IMG/VR virus record: IMGVR_UViG_3300050159_000058
Coordinates: 1-37,016 of that record
Length of the DNA: 37,016 nt
Direction: 5' to 3' (one strand)
Origin: a virus
Taxonomy: Duplodnaviria > Caudoviricetes
In this document: positions 32,596 to 37,016 of the stretch, piece after piece
Layout: every line of letters starts with the position of its first letter
Numbering within the stretch: the stretch's first letter is position 1
The notes under the pieces: generated by a model
Database searches by the model: none
The model's input: the letters and a program-made list of their open reading frames with translations, nothing else
Told to the model about the DNA's origin: nothing
Made by a program: the position numbers and the translations under genes

Positions 32596-33444
32596 ATGTC
32601 GATCCAGACCGTCACCCCGCTTCCCATTGGCAATGCTGTGCGCATCGGCTGGGAGGTTCCCGGCGGCGCCCTGAAGACGAGGCTGCTTCGCAAGACCACG
32701 GCCACGTTCACCGGGCCAACCGACGGCACCGTGGTGTACGAGGGTCCGCTTTCCAGCGCCGTGGACACCGGTGTTCTCAACGGCACCACCTACTGGTACG
32801 CCGCCTACTTCTGGGATGGCGTCGTCTGGGAAGGATCAACGCCGGCTGACGCGATTCCCGCCGCAACCTACGTCGATGAGTCCGTGGACGCGCTGTCCGT
32901 TGTTCGCGATCGGTTGGCGGCCGGCCTGAAGGTGGAAGTGTCCCGTGGAGACCTGCGCCACGAGACCGGCGCCGTGCCGGTGTTGACGGCACCGCCCGTG
33001 TTTCAAGACACCCGCTGGCCTGTGGTGACGGTGCACATGCAGTCGGAAACCGACGGCGAGCGATTCCTGGGCGAGACATTCGCCGTCGACGTGCACAACG
33101 CCCCCGTCTGGGATGAACGCGAGGGTTGGCTGGCGCGCGTGACGCTGCAGGTCATCGGTTGGACGCTGAACCCAGATGAGCGCATCGCTCTACGCAAGGC
33201 CATCCGTCGAGTCATCGTCGGCAACCTGTCGGTGTTTGATGCCTCCGGTATGGATCAGATCGGCGTGCAGATGAGCGACGCCGAGGACTTCGAGTCCTAC
33301 GGTGCACCGGTCTACCAGGCGATGTGCACCATCACATGCCTAGCCCCTGTGTCGGTTGGCGGCAGCGTTGCGCAGATCGAAGACGTCGAACTCGAAATCA
33401 CACCCACTACCCCTCAACTCGAAACGGAACCCGTGTATGGCTGA
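32596..33444 (+). CDS. Tail completion/terminator protein with N-terminal FN3-like domain
   Basis: DTGVLNGTTYWY motif; upstream of sheath. Confidence 0.6.
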   Translation: MSIQTVTPLPIGNAVRIGWEVPGGALKTRLLRKTTATFTGPTDGTVVYEGPLSSAVDTGVLNGTTYWYAAYFWDGVVWEGSTPADAIPAATYVDESVDALSVVRDRLAAGLKVEVSRGDLRHETGAVPVLTAPPVFQDTRWPVVTVHMQSETDGERFLGETFAVDVHNAPVWDEREGWLARVTLQVIGWTLNPDERIALRKAIRRVIVGNLSVFDASGMDQIGVQMSDAEDFESYGAPVYQAMCTITCLAPVSVGGSVAQIEDVELEITPTTPQLETEPVYG

Positions 33445-33703
33445 AGAACATGCCCCCGACATGGCGGCAACGCCGGATGACGATTTCAGTCGCGTCATTC
33501 CGCCGCCCGCCGCCCCCGGCGACCCGATCCCTGACGAGTTCATGATTGACCTCGACGAATACTGTGCCCGCAAGTCGGGACACGACAATCGTGTCGAGAT
33601 GATCGCGGCATTCCACTACATCGAGCGGGCCGCCGGCAGGGCGATGGACATGCCATCGGCTTACGAGGCGCGCTTCGGGCAGTTTGGAAGCCGGGTGATC
33701 TGA
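33437..33703 (+). CDS. Small hypothetical protein preceding sheath (88 aa)
   Basis: ATG overlapping upstream gene end; position typical of myovirus tail operons. Confidence 0.6.
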   Translation: MAEEHAPDMAATPDDDFSRVIPPPAAPGDPIPDEFMIDLDEYCARKSGHDNRVEMIAAFHYIERAAGRAMDMPSAYEARFGQFGSRVI

Positions 33704-33743
33704 CAACGGCCCAGCTGGCGCCACAAACCGCAATGAGGCAACC

Positions 33744-35465
33744 ATGAGTGTATTTTTCAACGGCCGACTGCTGATCACCCCTGCGAGCGCTTCGGTGGTC
33801 GATGACAGCGCGCTGCGCAATCCCGGCCTGACGGTCGGAAATCTGCCGGCCTTCATCGGCCCGGCAACCGGCGGCCAGCCCAACACCGCGCTGCGGTTCG
33901 GTTCGCCTTCCGAGGCGGTCAAGGTGCTGAAAAGCGGCGACCTGCTGTCGGCTGTGATCCGCGCCTTCGACCCGAGCGCGCAGACTGGCGGCCCGTCGAC
34001 CGTGGTCGCCATCCGCGCGAACCCTGCCGTTCAGGCGTCTGGCACGATCAAGGATTCGTCTGGCAATGTCGTGATCGACCTGCTGGCGACCGACTACGGC
34101 CTGGACGGCAACCGGATCACCGTCAAGGTGGAGACCGGCACCAACGCCGGCACCAAGAAGCTGACGACCCAGTACGGCACGTCCTACTACGCCGGCGACA
34201 ACATCGGCCGCAACCTGTTCACGATTCGCTACGGCGGCCCCGCGGCGAGCGCGACGATGACGATCACCGGCACCCAGCTGACGATTGACGCGCCGACCGG
34301 AACGAACGTCGTCACCGCTGACCTGTCGGTCTACAACACCATCCAGCGCCTGGTTGACTACCTGAACGGTCAAACCAACATGACGGCCGCCGTGCTGAAC
34401 GGCTTCGGCAGTATGCCGACGCTGAACCAGTTGGACTACGCCAGCGCGCAGGACATCAAGACGGCGACTTTCACCGTCACCGGCAACCTGCAGGCCTGCA
34501 TCGACTGGTTCAACAGCAACAGCGAGGGCCTGGTGGATGCCACCCGGCATGCTGCCGCCGGCACGTCGCCCGTCAACTCCGTGCGGTTCCTGACCGGCGG
34601 CGGTGAAGGCACGACGACCAGCACCGACTGGAGCAACGCTTTCACCACCCTGCAGTCGCAGGATGTGCAGATGGTCGTGCCGTGCTCCTCTGATGCGGCC
34701 GTCCACGCCATGGCCGACGCGCACTGCTCGTACATGAGCACCGTGGGCAAGATGGAGCGGCGCGCCATCTGCGGCATGGCCACCGGCACCACTGACGCAG
34801 CGGCCATCGCAGCCGCCTATGCGCTGAACAGCGACCGCACCAGCTTGGTCCACGTCGGCATGTACGACTACAACCTCGTTGGCGTCCTGACGTTGTTCCC
34901 GCCCTACATCCTGGCAGCCATGATCGCCGGCGGCTTCACGGGATCGAATCCCGGCACGGCGATGACAAACAAGACGCTGAAGATCCGCGGCTTGGAGCGC
35001 GCCGTCCGCAACCCGACCGACACCGATGTGCTGATCGAGGCCGGCATCATGTGCGTCGAGGCCACGAACGGCGGCTACAAGGTGGTCAAGTCCATCAGCA
35101 CCTGGCTGGTGAATGACAACTTCAACCGCGTCGAGGTGAGCACCGGCGTCGCGCTGGACTTTGTGACCCGCAATGTGCGCGACGCCCTGGATGTGCTGCG
35201 CGGCGAGAAGGGCAGCCCGCTGCTGCTGTCGCGAGCCGTAAGCATCGCCGACAGCACGCTACGCGAACTGGCGCGCGCCGAGCCCGCCGGCCCTGGTGTC
35301 ATCGTCGGCGACGCCAACAGCCCGGCCTACAAGAACATCCGCGCAACCCTGGAGGGTGACGTCGTCCGCGTCGAGTTCCAGTGCAGCCCGGCCATCCCCG
35401 CCAACTACGTGCTGACGACGGTCTACGCGGTCCCGTATTCGGGCTCCGCGACCGTGGCGGCCTGA
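33744..35465 (+). CDS. Contractile tail sheath protein
   Basis: 573 aa; FIGPATGGQPN, LTGGGEG, C-terminal PAIPANYV sheath motifs. Confidence 0.9.
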   Translation: MSVFFNGRLLITPASASVVDDSALRNPGLTVGNLPAFIGPATGGQPNTALRFGSPSEAVKVLKSGDLLSAVIRAFDPSAQTGGPSTVVAIRANPAVQASGTIKDSSGNVVIDLLATDYGLDGNRITVKVETGTNAGTKKLTTQYGTSYYAGDNIGRNLFTIRYGGPAASATMTITGTQLTIDAPTGTNVVTADLSVYNTIQRLVDYLNGQTNMTAAVLNGFGSMPTLNQLDYASAQDIKTATFTVTGNLQACIDWFNSNSEGLVDATRHAAAGTSPVNSVRFLTGGGEGTTTSTDWSNAFTTLQSQDVQMVVPCSSDAAVHAMADAHCSYMSTVGKMERRAICGMATGTTDAAAIAAAYALNSDRTSLVHVGMYDYNLVGVLTLFPPYILAAMIAGGFTGSNPGTAMTNKTLKIRGLERAVRNPTDTDVLIEAGIMCVEATNGGYKVVKSISTWLVNDNFNRVEVSTGVALDFVTRNVRDALDVLRGEKGSPLLLSRAVSIADSTLRELARAEPAGPGVIVGDANSPAYKNIRATLEGDVVRVEFQCSPAIPANYVLTTVYAVPYSGSATVAA

Positions 35466-35486
35466 TTCTGACCACGAGGAGCCACC

Positions 35487-35918
35487 ATGGCAACGACCAC
35501 GACCAACGTACAGACCCAGACCGGCAACCGCGTGGCGGTGATGCTGGGTGGCGCGCAGATCGGAGCGATGCAGTCCGTCCGCATGTCCCACGACTACGGA
35601 CTGGATGCCGTCTACGGCATCGGCGACATCGAGCCCGTCGAGCACGTTCCGACGGCTGCCCGCTACAGCCTGTCCACCAGCAACGTCGTGCTGCGCACCG
35701 GCGCCATGAAGGCGGCAGGCCTGGTTCCGGAGAACGGCGCCGCGGCCCTGAAGGGCGTCGTCTTCGACATCGAGGTCTACTCGAAGGACGACGGCAAGCT
35801 GCTGCAGAAGTACCAAGGCTGTTCCTATGCCAGCGGTGACGTCGACGTGAGTCGTAACGCCATCATCATGGCGTCGGCTCAGTTCATGGCCCTGACGATC
35901 AGCGGCACCGGCCTCTGA
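35487..35918 (+). CDS. Tail tube protein
   Basis: 143 aa after sheath; VYGIGDIEPVEHVP motif. Confidence 0.85.
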   Translation: MATTTTNVQTQTGNRVAVMLGGAQIGAMQSVRMSHDYGLDAVYGIGDIEPVEHVPTAARYSLSTSNVVLRTGAMKAAGLVPENGAAALKGVVFDIEVYSKDDGKLLQKYQGCSYASGDVDVSRNAIIMASAQFMALTISGTGL

Positions 35919-35935
35919 TCTTCAGAGCCCACGCG

Positions 35936-35958
35936 AGCCGCCTTCGGGCGGCTTTTTT
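35936..35958 (+). terminator. Intrinsic terminator
   Basis: AGCCGCC-TTCG-GGCGGCT-TTTTT. Confidence 0.85.
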
Positions 35959-35987
35959 ATTCCCTCAACCCAACAGGACCACGCGCC

Positions 35988-36341
35988 ATGCGCACACCAT
36001 CAGCAACTGACTTCACCGTTGACGTTCCCGAGGTCGGCTCGTTCTCCTTCGCCCGACGCATGATGCGCGACGAAATCCGCATCGCGGTCGAGTATTCCAA
36101 GCTGACCGAGGGCGTCGAAACGCCGACGGTCTGGCTGGACACTATTGCGACCTGGCTGTCCACGCTGAAAGTGTTGACCGTGCGGTCCCCTGAAGACTGG
36201 GATCTTGACGGCATGGACCCGCAGGACGAGGAAACCTACCGCAAACTGCTGCTTGTCCATCGCGCGCTGCGCGAGAAGGAGGGCTCTTTTCGACGCCCAG
36301 CGAATCCGGTGGGCACGGCAGGCGGGGCGGCAGCAGGCTGA
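35988..36341 (+). CDS. Tail assembly chaperone (gpG-like)
   Basis: Between tube and tape measure; SD AGGA. Confidence 0.75.
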   Translation: MRTPSATDFTVDVPEVGSFSFARRMMRDEIRIAVEYSKLTEGVETPTVWLDTIATWLSTLKVLTVRSPEDWDLDGMDPQDEETYRKLLLVHRALREKEGSFRRPANPVGTAGGAAAG

Positions 36342-36594
36342 AAGCGTCGCGTTCGCCTTTCGGCGCCGCTACAACCTACCGCCGACAGATCCCAGGTATC
36401 TGGATGCCACCATGGACGACATGGTGCTGGACCTGTGCACGTGGCAGGCGTTCGAGAACCCCAACGACACCGAGGTGGTCGACGACGAGTTCAGCCTGGA
36501 GGCGGAACTGGCGGCAGCCGACGCCGAGGCGGCCGGTCGTGGCGACACACTGGGGGCTGGCCAGCCGCAGGCCGATGACTTTGAACCGATCTAG
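36289..36594 (+). CDS. Frameshift extension of tail chaperone (gpGT-like)
   Basis: Overlapping +1 frame with no good own start; FRRRYNLPPTDPRYLD motif; acidic tail. Confidence 0.65.
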   Translation, partial: FDAQRIRWARQAGRQQAESVAFAFRRRYNLPPTDPRYLDATMDDMVLDLCTWQAFENPNDTEVVDDEFSLEAELAAADAEAAGRGDTLGAGQPQADDFEPI

Positions 36595-36609
36595 TCGAGG
36601 AGCGCCACA

Positions 36610-37016
36610 GTGAGCGACGGCATCAAGATCCCAATCAGCGCCGAGCTCAGCCAGGGCGACGTCGAGCGCGAGGTGCAGCGCCTGACCCAGCAGATGAACA
36701 AGCTGGGCCAGACCGTCGCGCAGGTCAACAAGGTGAAATTCTCGCCGGTTGACAAGGCGGCCGTCGACGACCTCAAGCGGGTTCAGGCGCAGTTCGAGAC
36801 GCTGCTGAAGATCAACGGCGAGCTTCGCCGCGGCCTGCAGGCGACCGGGCAAGGTGGCCGGGCGTTCGGTGACATTGACCTGTCCCGCGTCCGCCAGGGT
36901 GGCGCATCGCAGCGTCGCATCTTCGACTACGTCACGGCCGGCACGTCGTTCGGCGACAGGTTTGCGGCTCCACCAGGGGTTCCCGCGGCTCCGCCGGGCG
37001 GCGGTGGGGGTGGTGG
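36610..37016 (+). CDS. Tape measure protein, N-terminal part (runs off window)
   Basis: GTG after SD GAGGAG; MSDGIKIPISAELSQGDVEREVQRL coiled coil; open to window end. Confidence 0.75.
   Translation, partial: MSDGIKIPISAELSQGDVEREVQRLTQQMNKLGQTVAQVNKVKFSPVDKAAVDDLKRVQAQFETLLKINGELRRGLQATGQGGRAFGDIDLSRVRQGGASQRRIFDYVTAGTSFGDRFAAPPGVPAAPPGGGGGG

Larger units (their letters stand above)
1..37016. mobile_element. Myovirus-type phage/prophage morphogenesis region (no ends or att sites visible)
   Basis: Portal, MuF, protease, scaffold, major capsid, sheath, tube, chaperones and tape measure present; no host housekeeping genes recognised. Confidence 0.95.

Overview
The whole window is the virion-morphogenesis region of a large, high-GC contractile-tail (myovirus-type) phage or prophage; the host is not determinable here, and a Proteobacterium is only my guess from composition. 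The minus strand carries portal, MuF-like head protein, prohead protease, scaffold, an SPO1/Herelleviridae-type major capsid, and decoration and head-tail proteins. A divergent plus-strand arm carries tail terminator, sheath, tube, frameshifted chaperones and the tape-measure start. Between portal and protease lies a ~22-kb block of putative capsid-packaged 'polyvalent' proteins: a DarB-like N6-methyltransferase/SNF2 helicase with an intein, a second SNF2 helicase, a zeta-like kinase and a pyrophosphatase-like/DUF5710 protein. The same block holds a separate sigma70-type unit with boxA, ~1.2 kb of structured non-coding sequence, tRNA-Thr and small ORFs. Main observations: (1) a 13-copy late-promoter motif G[T/G]CGTGA-N3-nAnnnT, sitting exactly 6 nt before the ATG in 8 genes (apparently leaderless mRNAs); one copy drives a ~140-nt ORF-less transcript. 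(2) The intein's endonuclease is encoded in a different reading frame. (3) An array of stem-closed RNA modules, one with a tRNA-like D/T elbow. (4) A perfect >=117-bp inverted duplication of an SGNH gene end brackets the 30-kb head region. (5) Cargo proteins share Phi-Phi-Phi-K[S/A] and QxDLF-like motifs. All product calls come from motif recognition by eye; no searches were run.
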